From positions 34,658,001-34,722,000 of the forward strand of contig OZ360255.1 in the NCBI GenBank assembly GCA_977017645.1: a DNA stretch of 64,000 nt. Direction: 5' to 3'. A program made the position numbers and the translations under genes. Under the pieces are notes generated by a model that worked only from the letters and a program-made list of their open reading frames with translations, searched no databases and was not told the origin of the DNA. Below are positions 50,741 through 63,231 of this stretch, one piece after another (the first letter of the stretch is position 1; every line of letters starts with the position of its first letter). Origin of the DNA: Torpedo marmorata. Its lineage: Eukaryota.

Positions 50741-52695
50741 ATGCAACAGGTGTCACCGACTTCATCAAGACCTGCGTGGATGAGTGTGTGCCCATGCGCA
50801 CATACCGGGTGTTCCCCAACCAGAAGCCCTGGATGAATAAGATCATTCGAAACCTGCTGAGGGCGAGAACAAGTGCATTTAAGGCCGGGGACCGAGATCA
50901 TTACAAGAAGTCCAGGCACGACCTGCGGAAGGCCATCTCTGAAACAAAATGGCAATTCCGGACGAAGCTTGACACAGAGAGAGATGCACGCCAGCTATGG
51001 AAGGGAGTGCAGGCCATTACAGCCTACAAAGCGAGGGAGAACACAATTGGCGTCTGCTATGCTTCACTACCCGATCAGCTGAACACCTTCTATGCCCGCT
51101 TTGAGAAGAAGAACCAAACAGTGCCTACTAGAATCCCTGAAAAGGCTGAGGACCCTGTGATATCTGTCTCTGAGGGCGACGTCAGAACATCATTCAAGAG
51201 GGTGAACCCTTGCAAGGCATCAGGCCCTGACGGCGTACCTGGCAGGGTACTGAAAATCTGCGCCAACCAACTAGCCGGAGTGTTCACGGAATTCTCAACC
51301 TCTCATTGTGGCAGTCAGAGGTTCCCACCTGCTTCAAAAGGGCATCAATAATCCCGGTACACAAGAATAGTGTGAGCTGCCTCAACGACTACCGCCCAGT
51401 AGCACTAATTTCTACTGTGATGAAATTCTTTGACAGGCTGGCCATGGCCAGAATTAACACGTACCTAAGCAAAGACCTGGACCAACTGCAATTCGCCTAT
51501 CGTCACAATCGCTCCACAGCAGATGCAATATTGCTAGCTCTTCACTCAGCTCTGGATCACCTCGAAAACAGCAATTCATACATACGGCTGCTCTTCATCG
51601 ACTACAGTTCGGCCTTCAATACCATTATTCCCTCAGTGCTGGTCAAGAAGCTACAAACTTTAGGCCTCTGTACACCCCTCTGCAACTGGACCCTTGACTT
51701 TCAAATTGGAAGACCACAGTCAGCACGAATTGAAACCAACGTCTCATCCTCACTGATTATCAACACAGGTGCACCCCAAGGATGCGTGCTTAGCCCACTG
51801 CTCTACTCGTTATACACCCATGACTGTGTGGCCAGTCACAATTCAAATGCCATCTACAAGTTTGCCGATGACACCACAGTTGTCGGCAGAATCACAAACG
51901 GCAATGAGGAAGCGTACAGGAGGGAGATAGATCAGCTCGTTGAATGGTGTAACGACAACAACCTTGCGCTCAACGTCAGCAAAACCAGGGAGATGATTTT
52001 GGACTTCAGGGGGAAGTCAGGGGAACAAGACCCAGTCCTCATCGAGGGCTCAGTAGTTGAGAGGGTCAAGAACTTCAAATTCCTGGGTGTCAACATCTCC
52101 GAGGATCTGTCCTGGAGCCTCCACGTTGATGCAATCAGAAAGAAGGCTCGCCAGCGGCTATACTTTGTGAGGTGTCTGAGGAGATTCGGTATGTCACCGA
52201 AGACTCTCGTAAACTTCTACAGGTGTACCGTGGAGAGAATTCTGGCTGGTTGCATCACTGCCTGGTATGGAGGACAAGATTAAACTCCAGAGGGTTGTTA
52301 ACTCGGCCTGTGACATCACAGGTACCAGTCTTCACTCCATCGAGGACATCTACACGAGGCATGTGTCTTAAAAAAGCAGCCTCTATCCTCAAAGACCCCC
52401 ACCACCCAGGCCATGCCCTCTTCACTCTGCTTCCATCGGGAAAAAGGTACAGGAGACTAAAGACGAGCACTCAACAGCACAAGGATAACTTCTTCCCGGC
52501 TGCCATCAGATTCCTGAATAATCAATGATCCAAAGACACTGCCTTACTTTTCGTGCGCTATATTTTATAATTTTCTTATAGTAATGTCGTAAGATGGTAC
52601 TAATATGAATGTTGCACTATGATGCTGCTGCAAAACACCAAAATTCATGAATTGTTCATGACAATAAATTCTGATTCTCTCTCTGATTCTGATTC

Positions 52696-53710
52696 TTTAA
52701 TTCAGCGTGACTCCAGAAGAGGGTGTCCCGCTCATCAAATTTTTGCCATCCAGTAAGTTGGGCGTTTGCCTATTTGGTGTACCGACTGCTCGTTATCCGA
52801 GATTGGTAGGTCAGTAACCCTTATTCACATTAATAGTATTTGAGGAACTAAAAGCCCTGTCATTCGCCAAAGGAAAGGTGGATTAGATACCAAATAGTCT
52901 TTTCCTTCTTTCCATTTAATTTTACCGATAATTTCTATTGAGTTGGACGTGTGAAGATGCGGGGTAAAGTCGTTAAATAATTCAGATGCACAGCCTGTGC
53001 GGTCATAAGAACGAGCAACATGACGATTTGATACTTCCAGTGGCGGATTAAAATCTGACTGTGAAAAACCCAAAGCCCACCACTAAGGTGTGCTGATACA
53101 TGATATTGTCTCAATGGTAAAGCAGTTAAAGACAAACCATCATGTGTGCCTTGAATCTCGACTTGTAAAGGGAAGGTTGATCACGTTCTTCTAAATTACA
53201 TTCCCAATTTGAAGTGACTGCAAAATGGAGGGTATATTTCCGATACTGATATGTTACCATGACTGGCTGCGTACGGGAGTAAATACGTTTTTCTGTTTCG
53301 AACCCCGACAATGTCACAGTGTCCTCAATCAAGGGAAACCAATGTCTTTCAGCAATTTCCTGATCTCGGGTTGATGCAGTGGCCGAGGTATCAATCATAA
53401 AAGAGACTGGAATTCCTTCAACTGTCATGGTTACTGTAGGTTCTTCATGAGGCTGATATGTGAGGACCGGAAACTTACGCTTCAATCGTTGAGTAACCGG
53501 GTTGGTGGCAGTAAACGTGATAGAACGAGGTGGGGTCGGCTAACATTGGGAGGACGAGGGAGTACCGAGGATACTTGCAGATATGGGCAGGGACATCTCC
53601 TGTCGCCATATTGTCCACAATTGAAACAAATCCTCTTTGCTGAGGTGGAACGGAAAAGGAACTGAAAGATGGATTTGATTTCTGTGCCCAACGATTGGCA
53701 GCAGATTAGA
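52696..53710 (-). mobile_element. Class I ERV gag knuckle, protease and putative 2H domain (upstream part of the provirus at 45450-48340)
   Basis: ORFs 53482..53691, 53126..53485 and 52825..53073. Same strand and correct domain order relative to RT once the LINE is removed. Confidence 0.75.
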
Positions 53711-54735
53711 CGAGGGCCTGCACTTTTTCTATGTTAATGGCCCATCCTCGCGCACGCATGGCAATAATGAATATGTCAAGAGTCTGTGCCAAGGCTTCCT
53801 CCGATGGGCCCTGGAGTAGGACATCGTCGATATAATGTGGCATTGAGATATCTGGGGGAACACTAATGTATTTTTGTATATCCCGAGCAATTAAATAGTG
53901 ACAGAACGTGGGGCTATGCCCTGGAGAAGACGGAAAATTGTATATTTTATGTCCTCACAAGTAAACGCGAATTGATCCTGCAAATCGGGACTGAGGGGAA
54001 TGGAGAAGACAGCCTTAGCCAAATCGACGACGACGGACCAATGGTTCTTCCCCCGTTCTCCTATGTCCTCCACCAGGGTGACCACATCAGGAAATGTGCC
54101 GGTGAAGGGGGCGATCTTGTTTAGCTGCCTGTAATGGATGGTCAATGCGCCACGTGCCATTCTTCTTGCGCACGGGCCAGACCGGGCTGTTGAATTGGGA
54201 GACGGCAGGTCGGATGACTCCCACCCGCAATAATGCGTCAATTGATTCCGTGATTTCCTTACTGCCCCCAGGCACCCGGTATTGTCGGGTGCTGACTACC
54301 TTGGACAGGGGAACATTATGGGCTCCTATTTGGCCGCTCCAGCTACTATGGTCGCGCGGACGACTCCGAAGGTGAATCTCCCCATGTTGGTGCGCACGGA
54401 CTGCCCCTTGAGCAGGTTTATTCCAAAGAAACACTAGGCGGAGTCAGCGACCAAAACAGGAAAGGGTATGGGGTGGTAAATTGCATATGGCTAGGCGGAT
54501 GATAACCTCTCTGGCGGGATTGTGGACCATCCTATACACTCTTCGGAATCTGAGGTCCTCTCCAAACCTCGGGATTATTGGGGATAATCGTGTGTTCGGC
54601 CCCAGTGTCTACTAGTGCCACCCAAGGCTGTGTGTTCCCTTTGACCCAGTGTACCGCTACTGGGATGTACGGCGTCGGGTCGGCCGGCCTGGACAGGATC
54701 GCTGAGTGAATCCGCCGTGTGCCCTGCCCTCTATC
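53711..54735 (-). mobile_element. Class III (ERV-L/S-like) protease-RT fragment
   Basis: QYRVPGG..EITESIDALL..GVIRPAVSQFNSPVWPVRKKNG; HYIDD; KVQ. Confidence 0.75.
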
Positions 54736-57700
54736 CTATGGGAGGCGGGTGGAGGACATTGCATGTGCAACCTAACCAAACTAATACGATCACGTATTTA
54801 CAAACTTGCGTAAATATTATCACTATGTATTGCTCCAGTTCGCCTCCACTGAAGTTAGGTTCACTGGCCTATAATTTCCAGGATTATGTTTTTTTCTTTC
54901 TTGAACAAATTTGAAACATTCGACACTTAACTGACCACGAGATCTTTGTGATGATGGTGAGAATTCAAAGATCTTTATCAAGGACCAAGCAATTTCTGGT
55001 TTTACTCTTTAATACTCACATATTGTATATGCGACCAGGAACAGGTGATGTATCCATCTCAATGCTCCTCAAAACACATAAAAGGCATCTTTTTGATGTC
55101 AAAATGGTAAAATAGAATAGCACACTCCACATTCTGCTCCTTCTCTGTCTTACCCCTTGGAACACCTCAATGCAATCCATTTATTTCGCACATCCACTGT
55201 TGCACGCATATATTTTAAAGTAGTAAAAACAGGATATAAACGAACAGAGCCATATTGTAGCTATATAACATTTTCGTTGCGCAGCACTTGGAATATCGTG
55301 TGCGATGTTCGCTGATCCATTGGAGAAATAACGTTGAGCCTTTGAATACGGAGCAGCACAGATTCACGAGGATTTTGCCAGGATTGAAGGGTGAGGGCTG
55401 TGGTCAAAGGTTCAACAGACGTGGGTGTCATTAATCTTCGGCGACTGAGGAAAGATCTGATAGAGGTTTCTAAGGTATGAGGCACAATTATTGTGGAGAC
55501 AGAACACTTTTATTCCGCGGCAAAACGTCACGGACAAGAAGACATCATTTTGGGTCGTGTGAGTTTAAGTTAGTTGCGGGCGTCATCTTCTTACATGGAG
55601 AGTCGTGTGTGCCTGGAACGGTCTGTCATGTGACGCGGTGGACGCAGATGCAATAGTTGTGTTCATTGGGCTTCTGGATGGACACATGAATATACAATGT
55701 ATGCATCAGGTGCAGAGGTTTACCACATTGTGTAGACATGTGGTCTCAAGGGCCTTTATTACGCCCCAGAACAACACTAATCATCTCCCAAACTGCAGAT
55801 CCTTCTCTGATCGTCCACTTCCAAATTTACCTTTGGTTCCGTCCCTGTCCATTATCCAAGCCCCGCCGTTACTCCTCCTGAATCCCTCACCCCTCACCCC
55901 TCCATCGGTTTGTATTCCTTTCTGCAGCTGCCTGCACCTCACATGACATTCCGTTCAATGCCTCTTTCTCCCGTTTTCTATCTCCCTATTTCCCTCCCGG
56001 ACGGCTCTCTCACGACAACTACTCTTTTTTTCTACGTGGGTCTATCCCTTCCACTTGACCCACTGCACGTACAATATCTTTACAATTACAACTCAACCGC
56101 TCACAGATCCAATCTCACACATATCCTGCACTATTTTACCTCCACTCTCCTGATATTCCTCCAGACCTCCTGAAACACTAGCAGCTCCATTCCAACGATT
56201 CCCGAAACCTGACTCGGCTTTCCAACATGTAACTCTATTCGTAGGGATTGGAAATGAAAAAAAAACAACATGCTATCCTCGCTTAGGTTGCTGAACGGAA
56301 ATGTTCCGCACTGCGAGAAAATCTGAAAAAGCGCGGAAATAAGGTCGAAGTGACTTGGCGATTGTGTCTTTTTTTCGTCGTAGGTTCTTCCTGATGATCA
56401 GAACATGTGAATGTAAATTCCTCAGTTGCATTTCTTTAATTTCGATTCCCATCTTTCATCTTTACATGAGGACCGGGTAAGAATCGGCATGTTATTTATG
56501 TAGTGTGGTGGATGTCGGCAGCTGTGACAATACCCGCATTTGCTCCACTTTGGAGCTTGCACATGCATCAGTCGCTGAGGCAACTACAACAGCCGACGAA
56601 GTTCTGTCCGTAAACCATATCCCTCACTGTTATCCTGAGTAATAGGATTTAGAGTCGATCAGCAAATGACGCCATCGTTGTGAGCAAGTCCTGGCGGTGT
56701 ACATGGCGCTGGAAACATCCAAGCCGCGAATTTTCTGAGTAGTTAAACAATAAAGTCTGCAGATGCTGTGATTTAAATTTATGAAAAAAGTTCCCATGCA
56801 GATTTTGTCCATCTTGGTGGGAGAGGTCGATGTTTCCGGAGGAGATGCAGGAGCTTCTCGCTGGATTAAATGCGGATATTGGTAGATGTTTTCACCTACC
56901 ATTCTACGAAGGAAGTACAGGATTTGACAATGGCACAGGGGAGGTTGATCAGGACGTTGCCTGGTTCAGAGGGAATGAGTAATGGGGAGATACTGAACAA
57001 GATTGTATTGTTTTCTCTGCAGCGTCAATGGCTGTGGGTCGACCGCTTAGCATTTTGCAACGTTATGAGCGCAATTCGCCGGCTGTCAAGTCGTAATCAT
57101 TTTTTCACCGGAGTAAAAGCGACACATTCCTGAGAAAATTAGTTTTATGCGGTATAAAGTAGAAGGACATGCCCAGTTTGTTACACAGAGAGTTGTTGGT
57201 TCATGGAGCGGGTATCCACTGGTAGTGGTGGAAGTGGATATAACAAGAGAGCCGTAGAAACGTCTTGACAGACAGATGGATGTGAAGGGGATGAGCGGAC
57301 ATCAGGTGCGAGCAGCAGAGATATAGTTTGATTTCGACATCATGCTCGGCATAGACACGTGGGGCGTAGAGTCTGTTCCCCTTCGATGTTAAGCCTGTGC
57401 AGAAGTCCGGGTGGCTTTTTGGTGTGAATTCAAACAGCAGTCTGGACAAAAACCTGGGAGCTGTGGGACATGCAGAAAATGGAGACTGCGGGTAGATATA
57501 GTACAGTATTGAACGCACCAGACCTGTTGGACACAATATCACGGAGACCGCGGGTAGTAAATATAATACCAATTATCTATAAAATCGAAGTAAGTTACAA
57601 TATTCCCGGGACATTTTCTACAAGTGAGACGAAACATTGAGAGCATTGGGTGTGACATTGGATATTGTGGGCACGGGCAACATCATAGACACCATGAGTA

Positions 57701-58155
57701 GAGAGTCATTGTCCATGAGTTGTTGTTTACTGCCCTTGGGGACTGAGGATGCCATGATATTCCACGTCGGTTACGCTGGTGGTGGACTATCGGTAGAGGA
57801 CCTGTGGGTCACCATTTTGGGAAGTAATGGAATTTGATCCGACGGAAAATAACTTCAGTATTGATCATCCAAGTGTATTATTTACCTTCTGTTCGAGCCT
57901 CAACTACCATCCCGGAAACGCATTGCAGGTACCCACAACTATCTGATTCAATGTTTTTTGCAGAGCGATAGAGAGTGATGTATGGTGGTCTACAATCTGA
58001 ATTCTAGACGTGAAAGTGTAATGGCCAGGTGAAGATTATCGTAGATCGCAATCTCTGAAAACTATGTGACGCAGGGGATTTTCGGGAACAATTGCATTGA
58101 ATGAAAATGACATAGAGAAGAAACAAGATACAGTACGGCCAACTCAGGGCTGCGT

Positions 58156-59063
58156 TCAGGAAACGTATTTCTGAATGAACTGAAATACAGAGCAGACGGA
58201 ATATTTTACCGCGCTCTTCAACTCTTCCCTGAACTTTGACTGGGTTGCTGCATAAATAAACGTGTTCGTGCAGCAGTTCAGAGTTCGCAGAAAGTATCCG
58301 ACAAAGTTAAAGACCTTTTGTGATTCATTTTCGTTTCCACTAATCCCTGCGACTCGATAATAAATGAATTGAAATAAATTCGTCATCCACAGGAATAGAA
58401 AGCTGCCGGAGATAGTGATGAGTAAAAGCACAGACCTCCTCCTGCCCTCCATCTCCGGATCACTGCGGCTCTCCCCCTTGTTTTGACCTATCAGCCCCTT
58501 CCGGACCCGATTGGCCACAACAATATGTCTGATTGTCAGACCGTTGAACAGCAGGATTACAATGAAAGGAAGGAATGGATTTAAACACTTATCGAACCAC
58601 TGAAATCCGAACCATCCAGGGTCAGTGTAAATGCTCAGCTTCACTCGACAGAACCAGGGCACATTATCAATAAATTCCAACGGCTCGAAAAAAAAGTAGA
58701 AGGGAACGTTTTTCGGAAAGAACAGAACGGCAGTTGCTGCCAGAACCACAGCCGCAGTTCCACCAGTGCAATATTTTGCTTTTAACTTCAGGCAACAGAT
58801 GGCGACAAAGCGGTCAAACGTGAGGAAAACGGTGAACCAGACCGAATAGTCCGTTGCTGCACGAGCGAGAACATGTAAAACACTGCACACGGGGGTTAGA
58901 TGCAGGAAACTTATTGGGAAGTAGTGGAATTTGATCCGACTGAAAATAACTTCAGTAATGATCACCATTAGATCCGCCGTTGCCATGGCCACCAGGTAGC
59001 GAGTGGTGCAAATGGAGAGGCCGCACTTTCCCCGGGACAGGATGACAATCGCCACTAAATTCA
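58156..59063 (-). CDS. GPR139/GPR142-like GPCR copy C, exon 2 (spliced product 324 aa)
   Basis: Acceptor tttttgtctag|TG. Open through FDRFVAIC and NCCTNTFIYA to the TGA at 58156-58158. Confidence 0.93.
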
Positions 59064-59197
59064 CTAGACAAAAAGAAAAGGATCGACAATCAGAATGACA
59101 AATTCAATATTATTTCGTACAACCCGAAGTTGATGAAGCCTCACACATACCCATGCCTTCACCTTCTCCGGAAAATAACCCCGAGATAATGAAAACG

Positions 59198-60067
59198 TCA
59201 CCGAAGACTCTCGTAAACTTCTACAGGTGTACCGTGCAGAGAATTCTGGCTGGTTGCATCACTGCCTAGTATGGAGGACAAGAATAAACTCCAGAGGGTT
59301 GTTAACTTGGCCTGTGACATCACAGGTACCAGTCTTCACTCCATCGAGGACATCTACACGAGGCAGTGTCTTAAAAGAGCAGCCTCTACCCTCAAAGACC
59401 CCACCACCCAGGCCATGCCCTCTTCACTCTGCTTCCATCGGGAAAAAGGTACAGGAGCCTAAAGACGAGCACTCAACGGCACAAGGACAGCTTCTTCCCC
59501 GCTGCCATCAGATTCCTGAATAATCAATGATCCAAAGACACTGCCTTACTTTTTGCGCACTATATTTTATAATTTTCTTATAGTAATGTCGTAAGATGGT
59601 ACTAATATGAATGTTTGCACTACGATGCTGCTGCAAAACACCGAAATTCATGACTTGTTCATGACAATGAATTCTGATTCTCTCTCTGATTCTGATTCTT
59701 TAATTCAGCGTGACTCCAGAAGAGGGTGTCCCGCTCATCAAATTTTTGCCATCCAGTAAGTTGGGCGTTTGCCTATTTGGTGTACCGTCTGCTCGTTATC
59801 CGAGATTGGTAGGTCAGTAACCCTTATTCACATTAATAGTATTTGAGGAACTAAAATCCCTGTCATTCGCCAAAGGAAAGTTGGATTAGATACCAAATAG
59901 TCTTTTCCTTCTTTCCATTTAATTTTACCTATAATTTCTATTGAGTTGGACGTGTGAAGATGCGGGGTAAAGTCGTTAGTTAATTCAAATGCACAGCCTG
60001 TGCGGTCATAAGAACGAGCAACATGAGGATTTGATACTTCCAGTGGAGGATTAATATCTGACTGTTA
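59198..60067 (+). repeat. Intronic copy of LINE tail plus ERV flank (paralog of 52194-53062), bounded by a 65-bp direct duplication
   Basis: Duplication at 59133-59197 and 60068-60132. Only one copy is present in copy A (~7730-7794). Confidence 0.92.
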
Positions 60068-60998
60068 ATGAAGCCTCACACATACACATGCCTTCACCTT
60101 CTCCGGAAAATAACACCGAGATAATGAAAACGGGGATGACGGGCTGTGAGGGTGAAATTAGCAGGCGACCACACACAAAAGCACGGTTAAGGTTGCAAGC
60201 ACGCCAGGAGAAGCCTGGTGATTAGCTTCGGCGATACGATAAATAAAGTGATTAAGCAGACAGTTCATACCCATGTTCCCAAAACCTTGCGTGGACAGGA
60301 CCGATGCTCCCTTTTAGTAACAAGCTGTCAATGAACGTTACCAATGTAAACTCCCCTATTGAACATTTCAATAGTGCTTCCTGCTCTGATATTACCCACA
60401 GCAGTGGATATGTCCTGCAAAAGGTAGTAACGCTTTTCTCGGGGGTCCATTGACCAGCAGAGATTTGAGTTCATTCCATTTTTAAGTTAGATATACAACA
60501 CGGTCACAGGTGCTTCCCGCCCACGACACCGAGCGTTTCGAATACATGTGACCAACTAGCCGAATGATCTGGTAAATTTTAGGAATGAAAGACAAAACAG
60601 CAGCACTCAAAGTAAACTCCTGCAAGTCACTAGGCGGGGGAGAAGGGATAAATTCCTAACACAGAGCTTCGGATTCGAAAGCGGTTGCTCGCACTGTAAT
60701 AGCACTGCCCGACCCGCTCTGCTACCCGTGTCTGCCTTAATGTGCTTCTTATTGACAATGTAATGAAATAGAATGTTGATTCAGGAGATGAATGTTAACA
60801 CACAGATGTTGCTGTTCATCATAGAACATGAATTTCCGAAAGCTGTGTGCGTTTCACAAACAGCAGAGGAAAAGCAAGGAAAGAACAATGCAGAGGAATA
60901 GAAGAAAGAGTCGGCAACTCAGCGTCTGTCATTCAATTTGCTCAAGCGTGATCCTCCATGCCGACACCATGTTCCAATCCAGACTTCCTCTCCCCTTC

Positions 60999-61287
60999 NN
61001 NNNNNNNNNNNNNNNNNNNNNNNNNNNNNNNNNNNNNNNNNNNNNNNNNNNNNNNNNNNNNNNNNNNNNNNNNNNNNNNNNNNNNNNNNNNNNNNNNNNN
61101 NNNNNNNNNNNNNNNNNNNNNNNNNNNNNNNNNNNNNNNNNNNNNNNNNNNNNNNNNNNNNNNNNNNNNNNNNNNNNNNNNNNNNNNNNNNNNNNNNNNN
61201 NNNNNNNNNNNNNNNNNNNNNNNNNNNNNNNNNNNNNNNNNNNNNNNNNNNNNNNNNNNNNNNNNNNNNNNNNNNNNNNNNNNNNNN
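60999..61287. other. N run (gap or masked low-complexity)
   Basis: Ns at the site equivalent to 8725-8888. Confidence 0.95.
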
Positions 61288-63164
61288 TCCATATACCGTT
61301 TGACGAGTTTAGATATATTATTCTTTCATGTTACTGAATTTCATTGACCTGGCTTCTAACCATTTTCTTTATCAGGCTTCCACGTGCTTTCCTTTGCTCG
61401 AGTTTTCAAATAATTTCTCTCTCACAGATGCTTTTCTCTGCTTCATTCATCCACTGCAGCTGCTGATGTGCTCAATGCAGTGTGACCCCAGCCTTGTGAC
61501 CCACCCACCAATTATTCAACCTCTCGCGTCCTGCCAGATATCCAGAAAGTTGTATGACCGCCTCCCTCGCTCTCAACGCCAGAGAAACAAGACTTAGTCG
61601 ACCACTCACACCATCCGACTGTTCCGATTCCTTCCGAAATTCAGGTGGCGAACACACTCTGAATATCACATTTCGTTTTCTATCCTGTCGGAGAAAATGA
61701 GCTTCAATCCAAAACACAGTGCAACATATGGTTTTCATCAATGACCTGCACAACGGTTATCACGATTCTTTGCAAATAGATTCTTATGCACCAAACTTTA
61801 GAACGCATTTCCTTCTTACCTCCAATGACTCGTTATCATTTCACACGCTATCCTCTGCATGACACGATAAGTAAAGCCACCGAACACCACAATTTGCATC
61901 TGTTATACCCAACCTTTCCCTCCAAGTTAGGTCTTTTTAAAACTGCGGAATTTTAAAACATGATTTCTAATTTTAAATTTACACGTGCTTCGCGGTAATA
62001 GGCCCTTCTGGCCTACGAGCACTTGCCCCCAAATGCACCAATTAACCTGCAGTCTCCGTGCGGTTTTGAAGGGTGGGAGGAAACCGGAGCTCCCGGGTGA
62101 ACCCACGCAGACACGGGGAGAATGTAGAAGCTTTTTACAGACGGCGCCGTATTGCGCTGTAATAGTTTCGCACTAACGACTACGCTTACCATGCCGCACA
62201 CGTTCATAAATGACTCTCATGAATTCATGTTAACTTTGCGGAACCTCTCCGTCCATTTAAAATGACCCAAGGAAGTTTGGACGATGGAAACAAAGTTTTC
62301 CATTATTTCAATGGCTACTCTTATAGGATTCCTGCTGCGATACATACAACAAAGAACACTACAGCACAGTACAGGCCCTTCGGTCCACGACGTTGTGCCG
62401 GCCCATATATTCCTTTAAAAATACGAAACCCTCCCTACCCCGTAACTCTCTATTTTTCTTTCATCCATGTGCCTGTCTAGGAGTCTCTTAAATGCCCCTA
62501 ATGTTTCAGCCTCCACCACCACCCCTGGCAAGGCATTCCAGTCACCCACTACTCTATGTGTAAAAAACCTACCCTGATACCTCCGCTAAACTTCTCTCCC
62601 TTCACTTTGTACATACTGTATGTCCTCTGGTATTTACTATTCCTGCCCTGGGAAACAGGCGCTGGCTGGCCACCCTATCTATGCCTCTCATAATCTTGTA
62701 GACCTCTATCAAGTCACCTCTCATCCTTCTATGCTCCAAAGTGAAAAGTCCCAGCTCTAGTAACCTTGCATCATAAGACTTATTTTCCAATCCAGGCACC
62801 ATCCTGGTAAATCTCCTCTGCATCCTCTCCATAGCTTCCACATCCTTCCTATAATGAGGTGACCAGAACTGAACACAATACTCCAAGGGTGGTCTTACCA
62901 ACATTAAAATAAGTTGCACTGCCCTTCTTCGTTTGCGTGATTACTCAGAACTTCTGACAGGTTTTTTGTCGTCGTTTCTGTTGAGAGCGGAGAGCAGCAG
63001 CAGGTCATACTGCTTTCCAGCAGTCCAGCGCCGTACGTTAGACCCTGATCCGGGTGTTGACTGAGCTGAGTTCGCATGGCTCAGCCGAAAAAGCGCCGTG
63101 ATCCATGAGAACACGCTAAAGACCTAAACTACTTTAGAGGATGTAAGTATTCGCAGTGAGTTAC

Positions 63165-63231
63165 CAAGAATTCCGATGGCGGCGATGACCACGTACAGTA
63201 TTTTCTCCACACTGAGGTAACTCTCCCACAT
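63165..63231 (-). CDS. GPR139/GPR142-like GPCR copy C, exon 1
   Basis: ATG at 63231-63229 gives MWESYLSVEKILYVVIAAIGIL plus 1 nt. GTAACT donor. Confidence 0.92.

Larger units (their letters stand above)
48355..52695 (+). mobile_element. Apparently full-length Rex1/Babar-type LINE (endonuclease + RT), disrupted
   Basis: 5' ataatggcgcc. LPTILLAN / ENKLDEL / CFTETWL endonuclease motifs. [16 protein letters not shown]. (tctgat)n tail. Confidence 0.88.
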
